Source: Bacteroidia bacterium (lineage in GTDB: Bacteria; Bacteroidota; Bacteroidia; Bacteroidales; VadinHA17). Taken from it: a stretch of DNA of 64,000 bases. Location of the stretch: positions 6,697 to 70,696 of the forward strand of contig JAPLEB010000055.1 in NCBI GenBank assembly GCA_026391555.1. The letters run 5' to 3'. This document shows, piece after piece, positions 1-9,192 of the stretch (within the stretch, counting starts at the first letter, position 1; each line of letters begins with the position of its first letter). The position numbers were made by a program, and so were the translations under genes. The notes beneath the pieces are model-generated. The model was not told the origin of the DNA, did not search any database, and worked only from the letters and a program-made list of their open reading frames with translations.

Positions 1-1022
1 TTGTAAGGTGTATTAATCACATTCCCGCAATTCACGGGACGTTTCCATGTGCCGTCATCATCTTTTTCAGAAAACCAGATATCAAGCTCCCCTTCTCCTC
101 CTGGTCTGTTACTGGCCAGATACATGGTCTTACCATCTGGTGTAATGAAGCCATGTGATTCATAGTAAATTGTATTAATATTTTTCCCAACGCTCTTTAT
201 TTTTGTCCAGGTTGTATCTTTTCTATGACTGTAATACAGGTTACCGTCATTACCATCTTCCATATAGATTATTAATTGCTTTCCATCGCCGGTAATTGAA
301 TTTGAATAGAATCGGTCATAACCTCCAAGTTGCCGGGTAATATCGATCGGTCTATTCCATGTACCTGATTTATATGAGCATAAGATACGTGTTTTTCCAT
401 CTTTTTTATGAGTAAAAATAAAAACGGAATCATTCTTAGAAACAACTGGATTACATGCTCCGGGATACTCAATAAGCCATGGTGTGAACAGGTTGGTTAT
501 AATGGGAAAGGGTTTCCTTTCCATTTCCATTGCATACTTGCAGTTTCTGATCTGGTTGTCGATATATTCCTTTCGAAAGATTTCAGTTCCTCCCAACTTT
601 TTATTAGCATCATAATAAAGTGATACAGCTTTTTGGAGACTATCATTCTGTTGATATACAATCGCGAGGTAAAGGTATGTATCCAAAGGTGCTTTATCCC
701 CATATTCTATGTATTCCTTATCATTACTTACCACATTAGAGGAGGCCTTTACCAAAAACTTCAGGGCTTCAGCTTTTTTACCATCAATGTTTAAATAGCA
801 TATTCCCAACTTCGCAGAAAGGTTTAAATTGTCAGGATAAATTTTAAGAAGGGATTCATACATACCGGCAGCCTTCTCATAATCTTCATCATAATAATAA
901 AAAATATCTGCATCATGGACAGCTTTGATGAATTCCTTTTTGGAAAGTAATTGTGAAAAGAGAGGAGAACAGCAAAAAAACAGAAGAGAAATAATGATGC
1001 TCTTCCTGATCAGGGTTTTCAT
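1..1022 (-). CDS. Secreted TPR + PD40/TolB-like beta-propeller protein, paralog A (C-terminal part runs off the left edge of the window)
   Basis: My own minus-strand translation from ATG at 1022-1020 gives MKTLIRKSIIISLLFFCCSPLFSQ... (signal peptide). It continues with the motifs KLGICYLNIDGKK and APLDTYLYLA, then GKNINTIYYESHGFITPDGKTMYLASNRPGGEGELDIWFSEKDDDGTWKRPVNCGNVINTPY. These are the motifs seen in the three upstream paralogs. The frame is open to position 1. The start overlaps the upstream stop as TAATG (1024-1020). Confidence 0.75.
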   Translation of the reverse strand, partial: MKTLIRKSIIISLLFFCCSPLFSQLLSKKEFIKAVHDADIFYYYDEDYEKAAGMYESLLKIYPDNLNLSAKLGICYLNIDGKKAEALKFLVKASSNVVSNDKEYIEYGDKAPLDTYLYLAIVYQQNDSLQKAVSLYYDANKKLGGTEIFRKEYIDNQIRNCKYAMEMERKPFPIITNLFTPWLIEYPGACNPVVSKNDSVFIFTHKKDGKTRILCSYKSGTWNRPIDITRQLGGYDRFYSNSITGDGKQLIIYMEDGNDGNLYYSHRKDTTWTKIKSVGKNINTIYYESHGFITPDGKTMYLASNRPGGEGELDIWFSEKDDDGTWKRPVNCGNVINTPY

Positions 1023-2977
1023 TATTTTGAAACTTTCTTGATAAAGATTTCTTCAGGGTATCCTTTCCTTACCAACTCTAACCTTAATGAATTAGCTTCT
1101 TCCTCGATTAAAAATCTACCTGTTGTATACCGGTAAAATTTATCGGCATCATTGTACATTACCTTCATATCCGTAATGAATTTAAAATAGCTTACATCAA
1201 CAGGATTATGAAGAGCCATAACCTGCACGGTATAGTAAAGTATATCAGAGTCTTTTACATTTTTATCACTGACATCATTGACATTCATGTTTCTGATAAG
1301 GATACTTGTGTCAATAGCTGAAACGGCAGGTATTTCTGCAAGATTGATCTTATCATAAACCACCGGAGGAGGTGCTGTTTTTTCTATGGTTGTATCCCTT
1401 TTAAGTGATACATCTATATTTAATACCAAAGTTGGGTTATCCTGCAAAATTGTAGTATCAATAGTTTGAGATATGTATCCGATTCCGGTATAAACTAATT
1501 TGAATTCTCCCGGTATAACAGAAAAGCTGTAAAGGCCTGTAAACTTGTTTGGGTAACCGACGTCGAGTGTATCGCCTGAAGTTCTGTTAATAAGATGGAT
1601 AGAATAGTTTTCACCAAAGATCAAAATAGTGTCATTCAGACTGAAATATCCTTTTATTTCAAATAACCGTTTGACATCGGTACTTCCTATACCCAGATAA
1701 AATATGTCTCTCTTTTTGTAATCGGTTGTAATTGTATAGTAAGCATTCAGTCCGTTATTTATTGGCTGAAAGAATTTATCATCATCAGTTGAATTAATGG
1801 GAAAGCCAAGGTTGGAAGGCGTTTTCCAGACCGATCCGATTTTCTGAGATTTGAAATTATCAAATCCCCCCATAGAACTGTGCCCCTCGGAACAAAAAAA
1901 CAGCACGGAATCATTCTGTGTAATAAATGGTGTATCCTCATTATATAGTGTGTTGATAGAAGCTCCAAGATTTACTGCCGGCCCCCAATCACCGGTACCA
2001 TCTTTTTCAGAAAGATAAATATCGAGGTTCCCCTGGCCACCATCCCTGTTACTGGTAAAATATAGTTTTTTCCCATCAAATGAGATAGCAGCATGTGATT
2101 CGTAAAACTTTGTATTAATATTCTTGTTAAGTTTCTTAATTGGGGTCCAGGCACCATTAACATAGTTCGATGAATAAATGGCACCGTCGTAATTATCAGT
2201 TTTATAGAGAAATAACTCGGTACCATCACTATTAAGGGAACATGATGAGCAATCTTCTCCTGCATTGATCTCTGCAGTTATTTCGATAGGTGGCTGCCAA
2301 TTTCCTCTTTCCTTCTTCGAAAAGAAGATTACATTAACAATACCCCGGCGTTCAGTATAAACTATCGTGTTCCCGTCAAAGCTGACAGCAGGGTTATCGT
2401 TTATTGAACCCTGACTGAAATCGCTTCCCAGGTTTTTTTTGCTAAAAACAACGGGGCTCTCCTTATATTGAATTGCATTCTTGCAAGCCTGAATCTGCTG
2501 ATCTATATATTCAAGGTTCTTCATTCCCCCTTTGGTTTCTGTTTCTCTTGCAAGCTTATTAAATATCTGAAGAGTATTGAGCCCTTTTTCAAGTTCATTA
2601 TTAATCATATAGGCTTTTGCAAGGGAGAAATAGACATCGAGGGGAGCTCTCATCTCTTTAAATGATTCGGTTTTTGAATCATAACTGGCAGTTTTGACAG
2701 CTTCTTCAAGATAAGGTATTGATTTTTCTTTTTCATCGGGAATATTCAGATAGCAGGTGCCTATTTTATATTTAATATTTAGATTATCAGGAGATTCTAT
2801 CAAGATATATAGTTGATTAGCCAGCTCATATTCTTCATAGAGATAATATGACTCCGCCTGGGCAAATATATTTTTCATCTCTTCGGAAGATTGAGCTGAG
2901 ATAGCAACAGGAAAGATAGCCACAGTTAGAAGCTGCAAATTAAGAAGGATAATTTTTGCTCTGAAGTTTACCATCAT
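1022..2977 (-). CDS. Secreted TPR + PD40/TolB-like propeller + beta-sandwich + C-terminal SPOR-like domain protein, paralog B
   Basis: 651-aa ORF with an N-terminal signal peptide. TPR-like region carries KIGTCYLNIPDEK and APLDVYFSLAKAYMINN. Propeller blades include NINTKFYESHAAISFDGKKLYFTSNRDGGQGNLDIYLS and INTLYNEDTPFI. The C-terminal ~73 aa (YYTVQVMALHNPVD...YRYTTGRF...EEANSLRLELVRKGYPEEIFI) resemble a SPOR peptidoglycan-binding fold. Confidence 0.8.
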   Translation of the reverse strand: MMVNFRAKIILLNLQLLTVAIFPVAISAQSSEEMKNIFAQAESYYLYEEYELANQLYILIESPDNLNIKYKIGTCYLNIPDEKEKSIPYLEEAVKTASYDSKTESFKEMRAPLDVYFSLAKAYMINNELEKGLNTLQIFNKLARETETKGGMKNLEYIDQQIQACKNAIQYKESPVVFSKKNLGSDFSQGSINDNPAVSFDGNTIVYTERRGIVNVIFFSKKERGNWQPPIEITAEINAGEDCSSCSLNSDGTELFLYKTDNYDGAIYSSNYVNGAWTPIKKLNKNINTKFYESHAAISFDGKKLYFTSNRDGGQGNLDIYLSEKDGTGDWGPAVNLGASINTLYNEDTPFITQNDSVLFFCSEGHSSMGGFDNFKSQKIGSVWKTPSNLGFPINSTDDDKFFQPINNGLNAYYTITTDYKKRDIFYLGIGSTDVKRLFEIKGYFSLNDTILIFGENYSIHLINRTSGDTLDVGYPNKFTGLYSFSVIPGEFKLVYTGIGYISQTIDTTILQDNPTLVLNIDVSLKRDTTIEKTAPPPVVYDKINLAEIPAVSAIDTSILIRNMNVNDVSDKNVKDSDILYYTVQVMALHNPVDVSYFKFITDMKVMYNDADKFYRYTTGRFLIEEEANSLRLELVRKGYPEEIFIKKVSK

Positions 2978-3027
2978 AACAAATATAGTAATTATTCTAT
3001 ACCTTTATCTAAATAGTAAGTCAATTT

Positions 3028-4302
3028 TTATTTCAGGGTGATCTTGTAAATATCTTCTTTCCCGAAACTACCTGACTCTTTGAATACCGAATAATAGCCT
3101 GATTTGCCATCGCCGGTTGGCATAAAAAAGATATTATCATCAGGCGTGTTGATCGGATACCCAAGGTTTTTAGGCTTACTCCATAATCCATTTGATTGCA
3201 GATCGGATATGAAAAGATCGTACCCTCCTATATTTTCATGTCCCTGTGAGCTAAAAAACAGGGTTTCCCCGTTATTAATCAGGAATGGCCGATCCTCATT
3301 AAATTGAGTGTTTATTTCCGGTCCAAGGTTGACCGCGGGTCCCCAGTCCCCATTTATTTTATGAGAGACGTACAGATCGAGCCCCCCAAATCCGCCTGTT
3401 CTGTCTGAGGCGAAAATAATCTGATCTCCGGCTTCTGAAATGAAACCATGTGATTCCCAGTATTTTGTATTGATGTTTTTGTTAAGTTTAACAGCCTGAG
3501 TCCAGCTGTTCCCATTATATGAACTTGTAAAAATATCACTGTTAGAATTATCATCTTTTGAAAGGAATAATAATTTACCATCGGCAGAAAGGCATGAAAT
3601 GTAAATATCTCCGTCAGATTGAAGTTCCGGGGTAATGTTAATTGGACCAGTCCATTTCCCATCGACAACTCTGGAAAACATTACAGCATCATAAAATTTG
3701 AGAGACACCATATAGGCAAACGATTTCCCATCGGCTGAAATAAGTGGATTGAAGTTTGCTTTTTCATCATTAAAGAGTTCTCCGGCGTTTTCCTCTGAAT
3801 AAGCAATTGGCTTCGCGATTAACTCTTTTGCCATATCGCAAACTTTTATTTCGTGGTTAATGAAATCCAGGTTCTCACGGTCGTCAGAAAGGAGTGTCCC
3901 TGAGTATTTCAGGAAAGCTTCTTTTGCTTTATCGAACTTATAATTAATGCGGTATGCTTTAGCAAGATCATATAATGCATCATATGGGGCAGCTATCTGG
4001 TTGATAGTTCCCTCTTTATGCTTTGCTGACATATTTTTTGTTGCAGCTTCAAGATAATCAACTGAAAGATTCTTTTTCCCGGGAATGTTAAGGTAGCAAA
4101 CTCCTATAAAATAAGCCAGGTTCGAATTATCTGGCAGTTTTTCATACAGTTGCAAATAGTAGGTGAGGGCATCAGAATAATCTTCATTCAAGAAAAAAAA
4201 TTCAGCTTCAAGGAATGAATCCTGAAGGCTTTTATTCTCCTGTGCATAAATTGAAATAGAAAAAATTATTGCAACAAACAGACATACAGCTCTTTTGCTC
4301 AT
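3028..4302 (-). CDS. Secreted TPR + PD40/TolB-like propeller protein, paralog C (minimal form)
   Basis: 424-aa ORF with a signal peptide (MSKRAVCLFVAIIFSISIYAQ). Motifs: FIGVCYLNIPGKK, APYDALYDLAKAYRINY, NINTKYWESHGFISEAGDQIIFASDRTGGFGGLDLYVS and INTQFNEDRPFL. It ends directly after the propeller. Confidence 0.8.
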   Translation of the reverse strand: MSKRAVCLFVAIIFSISIYAQENKSLQDSFLEAEFFFLNEDYSDALTYYLQLYEKLPDNSNLAYFIGVCYLNIPGKKNLSVDYLEAATKNMSAKHKEGTINQIAAPYDALYDLAKAYRINYKFDKAKEAFLKYSGTLLSDDRENLDFINHEIKVCDMAKELIAKPIAYSEENAGELFNDEKANFNPLISADGKSFAYMVSLKFYDAVMFSRVVDGKWTGPINITPELQSDGDIYISCLSADGKLLFLSKDDNSNSDIFTSSYNGNSWTQAVKLNKNINTKYWESHGFISEAGDQIIFASDRTGGFGGLDLYVSHKINGDWGPAVNLGPEINTQFNEDRPFLINNGETLFFSSQGHENIGGYDLFISDLQSNGLWSKPKNLGYPINTPDDNIFFMPTGDGKSGYYSVFKESGSFGKEDIYKITLK

Positions 4303-4371
4303 AAACAGAGTTTTTGGTAAACAAATTTATTAAAAAAATAGCAAAAGAATTATTATTCATATACTTATTTT

Positions 4372-7236
4372 TTAAACCCATTTTTGAGTATTCTTTTTTC
4401 TTTTCCGAAAAACAATGAAAAAGAAGAGAAGAGCAGCCCCAACTACAATCCACAATATCCATAATCCACACTCTTTGCCGGTTGTAAGTTGTGAAGTAAT
4501 GATTTCCGCGGGGATGTCTTTCGCGGTAATGAGGTTTGTAATACTTTTATAGACAGCTTCTTCCGGATACTTTTCTTTATCTTTATTCATCAGGAGAAAC
4601 AGAACCATATCCTTTGGTAATTTAATTTTTTCTTTTTTCAGATCGAGTGAATTCAAGGATGAGAGAAGTGGCTCTTCAGAGTGCTCAATCAGATCACGCA
4701 GGAATTGTTTAACCTGAGTATCAGGTAATGAGCTGATAATAACCAACATATCTGAAATTTGGTTAACTGTAAGACCTTGTTTAATTGATTCATTATAAAC
4801 CGATTGTAGCCATTTGCCACCTTTCTTAATTTTACTTAGATCAGCCTTGTTAACTGATTGTCTTACAACAGTGCCAGACTCATATTTATCACTGAAAGTC
4901 AGTATCTTCTTTCTCAAAACTGAAATAGATGGATCGATTTCGGTCAGGATATCTGCAGCAATTTTATTCAGCTCTTCCGGGCTGATTTTGTCACCTGACT
5001 TTGACAAAATATATTCCTGCAAATAAGTCCAGGTCTTGAGACTGGATTGATAAATATCAAGATCAGTAAGATTTTTTTTCAGATATCCTTCCGTGTATTT
5101 AGCCATCATATCAACGGCAGCCTGTGTAAGGATGTTATCCATTACAGCTACTCTGAGCGCTAGTTTATCTAACTCTTCAGGGCTTATACTTTTCTTAGCG
5201 GCTTCTTCCTTCAGATAAGAGATAAGGTCATCGACTTTCCCGAATTGTTGATTTTCGATATTGGCACCTGCAATAACTTTTTTAAGCTTATCGTTGGCAT
5301 GGCTCTTAAGCATTGCAGTGAGCGCGGCTATCTGTTTTTTAGATATGACCCGGCTATATTCCGGTCGGATTAACGGTTGCGTTGTAATATCTTTTTCCCT
5401 GGTGATGAATACCTCGGTTGTACTGGAATTATTAAATCTGTCTGTTAGTTTAAAAGCAACCTTATTATCTCCAATACCGGGAACCATTTTAAAGTTGAAG
5501 ATAGAGTCAATGATTAAATATTGTTCGACAGACATCAATGAATCTCCCCCCCAACATTCAATTGTGAGTAGCGATTTTGGCTCAACCTTCAGGGGGAAAA
5601 GGATTGTGTCACCTTTTACAACGGAGATAGTTTTGTTGCTTTCTACATTTAAATCTGCCACAAAGTCAGTTTTTGGGAGTATTGTCCCCGGAAGCACGAA
5701 GCTGTCTGAGGGGTTTGTAAGTGGGAGATCTAAGCTTTTAACAATTTTTTCACTACCAAAGGCTTCATATGTGACCTGATAATTGCCCTGAGGTAGCTGA
5801 AACTCATACTCTCCAGTTTTCGGGTTGGAATAGACAATCAGTGTCTGGTTTGGGTTTTTGATATTCATGGTACTGATCTTCACGCTGTCGTCGATATTGC
5901 TATTGAGGTCAGCAACTTTAACCATTCCTCTTACAAAGAATTTTCTGGGATGATCATTAGTAAATATCTCAATCCGGTAGATATCCTGTTTCCCGAAACC
6001 ACCAGGACTGTCTTTTGCAATATATCCTTCATAACCTTCACTCTGAGGTTTAAAAAACACATCATCATCAGTTGTATTAATGGGATAGCCAACATTCAAA
6101 GGAACAGACCATTCACCATTATCAAGCAGAGTGGAATAAAAAATATCATAGCCACCCATATTAAAATGGCCTCTCGAGCTAAAAAATAGCGTTTTGTCAT
6201 CGTTACTCAGGAAAGGTGATTCCTCATTGTAAGGGGTATTAATAACTGGTCCAATGTTTACTGCTGGTCCCCAGTTGCCGGTACTATCTCTATTAGAAAC
6301 ATATATATCAAGACCTCCGAGGCTCCCTTTTCTATTGCTGGTAAAATAGAGTTTCTTATTGTCGTGAGAAATTGTTGCATGTGATTCCCAATATTTTGTA
6401 TTGATGTTTTCATTGAGTTTTACTATTGGAGACCAGGTGCCGTTTTCAAACTGTGAGGTATAAATAATTCCATCGTAATCAGCAGAGCTATAGAGGTATA
6501 ACGTTTTACCATCTTTAGAAAGGGAGGTTGGAAAAAGATCTTTGTCAACTTTTAGCAACTCATTCATGTTTAACGGGCCACTCCATTTACCATTAATTTT
6601 AGTGGAGAAAAGTATTGCATCGTAAAATGCCAGGCTTCTTGAAAATACAAGAAGATCCTCATTATCAGAAATAACCGGGTTAAATTCAGAGTTGCTTTCA
6701 TTGATAATATTACCAAGGTTATTCTCCTTCACAAAAAGCGGCATACTAATAAGCTCCCTGGCATTCAGGCATGATTGTATCTGGAAGTTTACAACAGTTG
6801 TATCATATACTTTAGAGTTAAGGTTTTTTCTGAAGAGTTCATATGTTTCAAGAGCTTTGTCAAGGTAATTATTGATCCTATAAGCATTGGCAAGGTAATA
6901 ATAGGCATCGTAAGGTGCTTTTGTTTCCCTGTATTTTCCTTCCTTGTATTCCGGATTAATATTTTTGACGGCATCTTCAAGGTAGCTCATTGCTTTATCT
7001 TTCTCCCCGGAAGTGTTTATATAGCACTGGCCGATCCTGTATTTAATATTCGCGTTAGTTGGGTAAATCTTTAATAATTTTTGGTATAACGGCAAAGCTT
7101 CTTTGTAGTCTTCAAACAATATCGAGCTTTCGGCTTCATAAAAAATATTTCTAATCTCCAGTTTCGACTGTGAAATTAAATCAGAATTGATTAATGTAGC
7201 CAGTAGCCACGATAACAGAACTAACCTTTTCATCAT
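4372..7236 (-). CDS. Secreted TPR + PD40/TolB-like propeller + beta-sandwich domains + long helical repeat region + C-terminal TM anchor, paralog D
   Basis: 954-aa ORF with a signal peptide (MMKRLVLLSWLLATLINS). Motifs: RIGQCYINTSGEK, APYDAYYYLANAYRINN, NINTKYWESHATISHDNKKLYFTSNRKGSLGGLDIYVS. A CarboxypepD_reg-like stretch follows (FFVRGMVKV...TGEYEFQLPQGNYQVTYEAFG). Then a ~280-aa helical region with a repeated ISPEEL(D/N)K(L/I)A unit. The protein ends in a hydrophobic helix GLWILWIVVGAALLFFFIVF followed by RKRKKN. Confidence 0.8.
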   Translation of the reverse strand: MMKRLVLLSWLLATLINSDLISQSKLEIRNIFYEAESSILFEDYKEALPLYQKLLKIYPTNANIKYRIGQCYINTSGEKDKAMSYLEDAVKNINPEYKEGKYRETKAPYDAYYYLANAYRINNYLDKALETYELFRKNLNSKVYDTTVVNFQIQSCLNARELISMPLFVKENNLGNIINESNSEFNPVISDNEDLLVFSRSLAFYDAILFSTKINGKWSGPLNMNELLKVDKDLFPTSLSKDGKTLYLYSSADYDGIIYTSQFENGTWSPIVKLNENINTKYWESHATISHDNKKLYFTSNRKGSLGGLDIYVSNRDSTGNWGPAVNIGPVINTPYNEESPFLSNDDKTLFFSSRGHFNMGGYDIFYSTLLDNGEWSVPLNVGYPINTTDDDVFFKPQSEGYEGYIAKDSPGGFGKQDIYRIEIFTNDHPRKFFVRGMVKVADLNSNIDDSVKISTMNIKNPNQTLIVYSNPKTGEYEFQLPQGNYQVTYEAFGSEKIVKSLDLPLTNPSDSFVLPGTILPKTDFVADLNVESNKTISVVKGDTILFPLKVEPKSLLTIECWGGDSLMSVEQYLIIDSIFNFKMVPGIGDNKVAFKLTDRFNNSSTTEVFITREKDITTQPLIRPEYSRVISKKQIAALTAMLKSHANDKLKKVIAGANIENQQFGKVDDLISYLKEEAAKKSISPEELDKLALRVAVMDNILTQAAVDMMAKYTEGYLKKNLTDLDIYQSSLKTWTYLQEYILSKSGDKISPEELNKIAADILTEIDPSISVLRKKILTFSDKYESGTVVRQSVNKADLSKIKKGGKWLQSVYNESIKQGLTVNQISDMLVIISSLPDTQVKQFLRDLIEHSEEPLLSSLNSLDLKKEKIKLPKDMVLFLLMNKDKEKYPEEAVYKSITNLITAKDIPAEIITSQLTTGKECGLWILWIVVGAALLFFFIVFRKRKKNTQKWV

Positions 7237-7562
7237 ATTAAAATTGATCTAAATGGAATGATGTCATATAAACATCTGTCATTAGTTATTATCCTGGTTT
7301 CTACTTTTAGAAAAGAGGAAGTTAAATGTGTTAATTTCTTCTTAAAGCTACTAATATAAGTGAAATAATAGAAAAAAAGGCAATTTGCAACAGCCCTTTT
7401 GATTAAATTATATAAAATTTTCTTTAAACCTGATTATCAGGAGATAAAATTCATAATCTATTGTTACGACTATTTGACAGTTTAAGCAATTTCAGATTGC
7501 TCTTTCTGCAAGGTCATTGAAAATTTTTGCAAGTCCGGTGAGGTTTTTCTCATTTGTGTAGA

Positions 7563-8471
7563 TCAACGTCGTAAGGCTATCCTGCAAAAACGGTTTAAGT
7601 GAGCTAACCCTTCCCTGAAATAAATTGCGAGTATTATTAGGAAATACCAGGAGTTGAATTTTCCTTCTTCAGCCCGCTTCCTTACATAAATTCTCATCGC
7701 TTTGTAAAAATGGAGGATGTCAGTAATGTTATTTTTGCCTGTGCTTTTTCCTTTGAAGTGAATTATCTGGGTATCAGGATAATAGTAGTTATTGTACCCG
7801 GCTTGTAATAATCTGTAACTCAAGTCGATATCTTCACCATACATAAAAAAATCTTCATCCAAAAGCCCTGTTTTGATGAGCGCTTCCAGGCGAATGAACA
7901 TAAAGGCGCCTGAGATTATCTCCGTCTTGGAGGTTTCAAAACTGTCAATATGAGACATATAATACCTGTTGAATAACCTGGATTCAGGAAAAAGAAAAGA
8001 TAAACCGAATATTTTAAAAAATGCAGTTTTTGGAGTTGGTAAAGCCCTTTTCGATTCCGGGAGAAACCTGCCTTCGCCATTAACCATTCTCACTCCCATT
8101 GCCCCTGCATCGGGGTGATCGTTCATGAAATTGATGCATTTGGTAAAGGTGTCATACTCAACGCGAGTATCAGGGTTTATAAGCAGGATGAATCGACATT
8201 TTGCCAGTTTTATTGCCTGATTGTTTGCTACGGAAAAACCGGAATTGACTCTGTTTGTTATAAGGATAACTTCCGGAAACTCCTGTTCGACCATAACACG
8301 GGAATCGTCGGTTGAATTGTTGTCAACAACAAATATTTCACAATCAATATTTTCTGAAGCTTTTTTAACTGAAAGCAGACATTGTTTCAGAAAATCTCTG
8401 ACATTAAAACTGACAATTATAACGGACAGCTCCATCCTGTTGTTATGGCCGTGATTGATCGATTTTATCAT
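7563..8471 (-). CDS. Glycosyltransferase family 2
   Basis: 302-aa [21 protein letters not shown]...[10 protein letters not shown]...[12 protein letters not shown]...[10 protein letters not shown]...[16 protein letters not shown] is a typical GT2 (GT-A, DXD-type) pattern. The real start may be the internal MELSVIIV (8435). If ATG 8471 is used it overlaps the recR stop (ATGA). Confidence 0.85.
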   Translation of the reverse strand: MIKSINHGHNNRMELSVIIVSFNVRDFLKQCLLSVKKASENIDCEIFVVDNNSTDDSRVMVEQEFPEVILITNRVNSGFSVANNQAIKLAKCRFILLINPDTRVEYDTFTKCINFMNDHPDAGAMGVRMVNGEGRFLPESKRALPTPKTAFFKIFGLSFLFPESRLFNRYYMSHIDSFETSKTEIISGAFMFIRLEALIKTGLLDEDFFMYGEDIDLSYRLLQAGYNNYYYPDTQIIHFKGKSTGKNNITDILHFYKAMRIYVRKRAEEGKFNSWYFLIILAIYFREGLAHLNRFCRIALRR

Positions 8472-9082
8472 TGCTGGTAAGGATTTCTGTTGTTAATCGC
8501 CCGTCCGAGCGTGATCTCATCGGTGTATTCAAGTTCATCACCAATTGCCACACCACGAGCCAGGGTTGTGAGGCTGGTATTGTACTTGTTCAGTCTTTTA
8601 TAAAGGTAGTAGTTTGTAGTATCTCCTTCCATAGTTGTGCTCAAAGCAAAAATTATTTCTTTGATACCTCCGTCTTTCACTTTTTCTTCAAGGCTGTCGA
8701 TCTTAAGATCAGATGGGCCTATTCCATCAATAGGGGAAATGATACCCCCAAGAACATGATACAAACCTTTAAATTGCCGTGTATTCTCAATAGCCATCAC
8801 ATCCTGAATGCTTTCCACTACGCATATAACTGTTCTTTCCCTCTTGCCATCATTACAAATATTGCAGATTTCAGTATCGGATATGTTATGGCATATCTTA
8901 CAATAGTGGATTTCTTCATGAAGCTTTATTATGCTCTCGCCGAATCTTCTTACCTCTTCAGTGTCTCTTCTTAACAGATTCATTACCAGCCTTAAAGCGG
9001 TTTTCCTTCCAACGCCGGGAAGAGAAGCAAATTCGTTTACAGCATTTTCCAGCAACCTGGAAGGAAATTCATTAAAACTCAT
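8468..9082 (-). CDS. recR: Recombination protein RecR
   Basis: 204 aa. Helix-hairpin-helix [13 protein letters not shown]4 zinc finger [18 protein letters not shown] and a Toprim region [14 protein letters not shown]. Confidence 0.95.
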   Translation of the reverse strand: MSFNEFPSRLLENAVNEFASLPGVGRKTALRLVMNLLRRDTEEVRRFGESIIKLHEEIHYCKICHNISDTEICNICNDGKRERTVICVVESIQDVMAIENTRQFKGLYHVLGGIISPIDGIGPSDLKIDSLEEKVKDGGIKEIIFALSTTMEGDTTNYYLYKRLNKYNTSLTTLARGVAIGDELEYTDEITLGRAINNRNPYQQ

Positions 9083-9192
9083 AACTATAACTTTTTGACA
9101 AAATTAGTTCAATTTTCCGGTGTTATTAAGCCGTCAGAGAATTTTTTGTCTTCCTTTCTTTTTGTTATTCTTGTAAGTTAATTGACTCTTAT

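Noticed and set aside
5546-5552. C7 (G7 on the coding strand) homopolymer inside paralog D, and several G6/C6 runs elsewhere (for example 3382-3387, 24777-24782, 31555-31560).
   Set aside because: Runs of this length encoding Gly-Gly or Pro-Pro are expected a few times in 64 kb. Only the G8 in gldJ seemed long enough to flag.
5261-5779. Long ORFs antisense to, or out of frame with, clearly assigned genes. Examples: 5261-5779 (+), 8471-8974 (+), 12140-12538 (+), 15311-15676 (+), 29605-30030 (-), 29663-30145 (+), 33114-33488 (+), 56279-56668 (-), 59472-59876 (-), 61076-61579 (+).
   Set aside because: Each lies entirely within a gene that has strong motif support on the other strand or frame. 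Their translations are low-complexity (Ser/Leu/Phe/Cys-rich) with no recognisable motifs. They are typical shadow ORFs.
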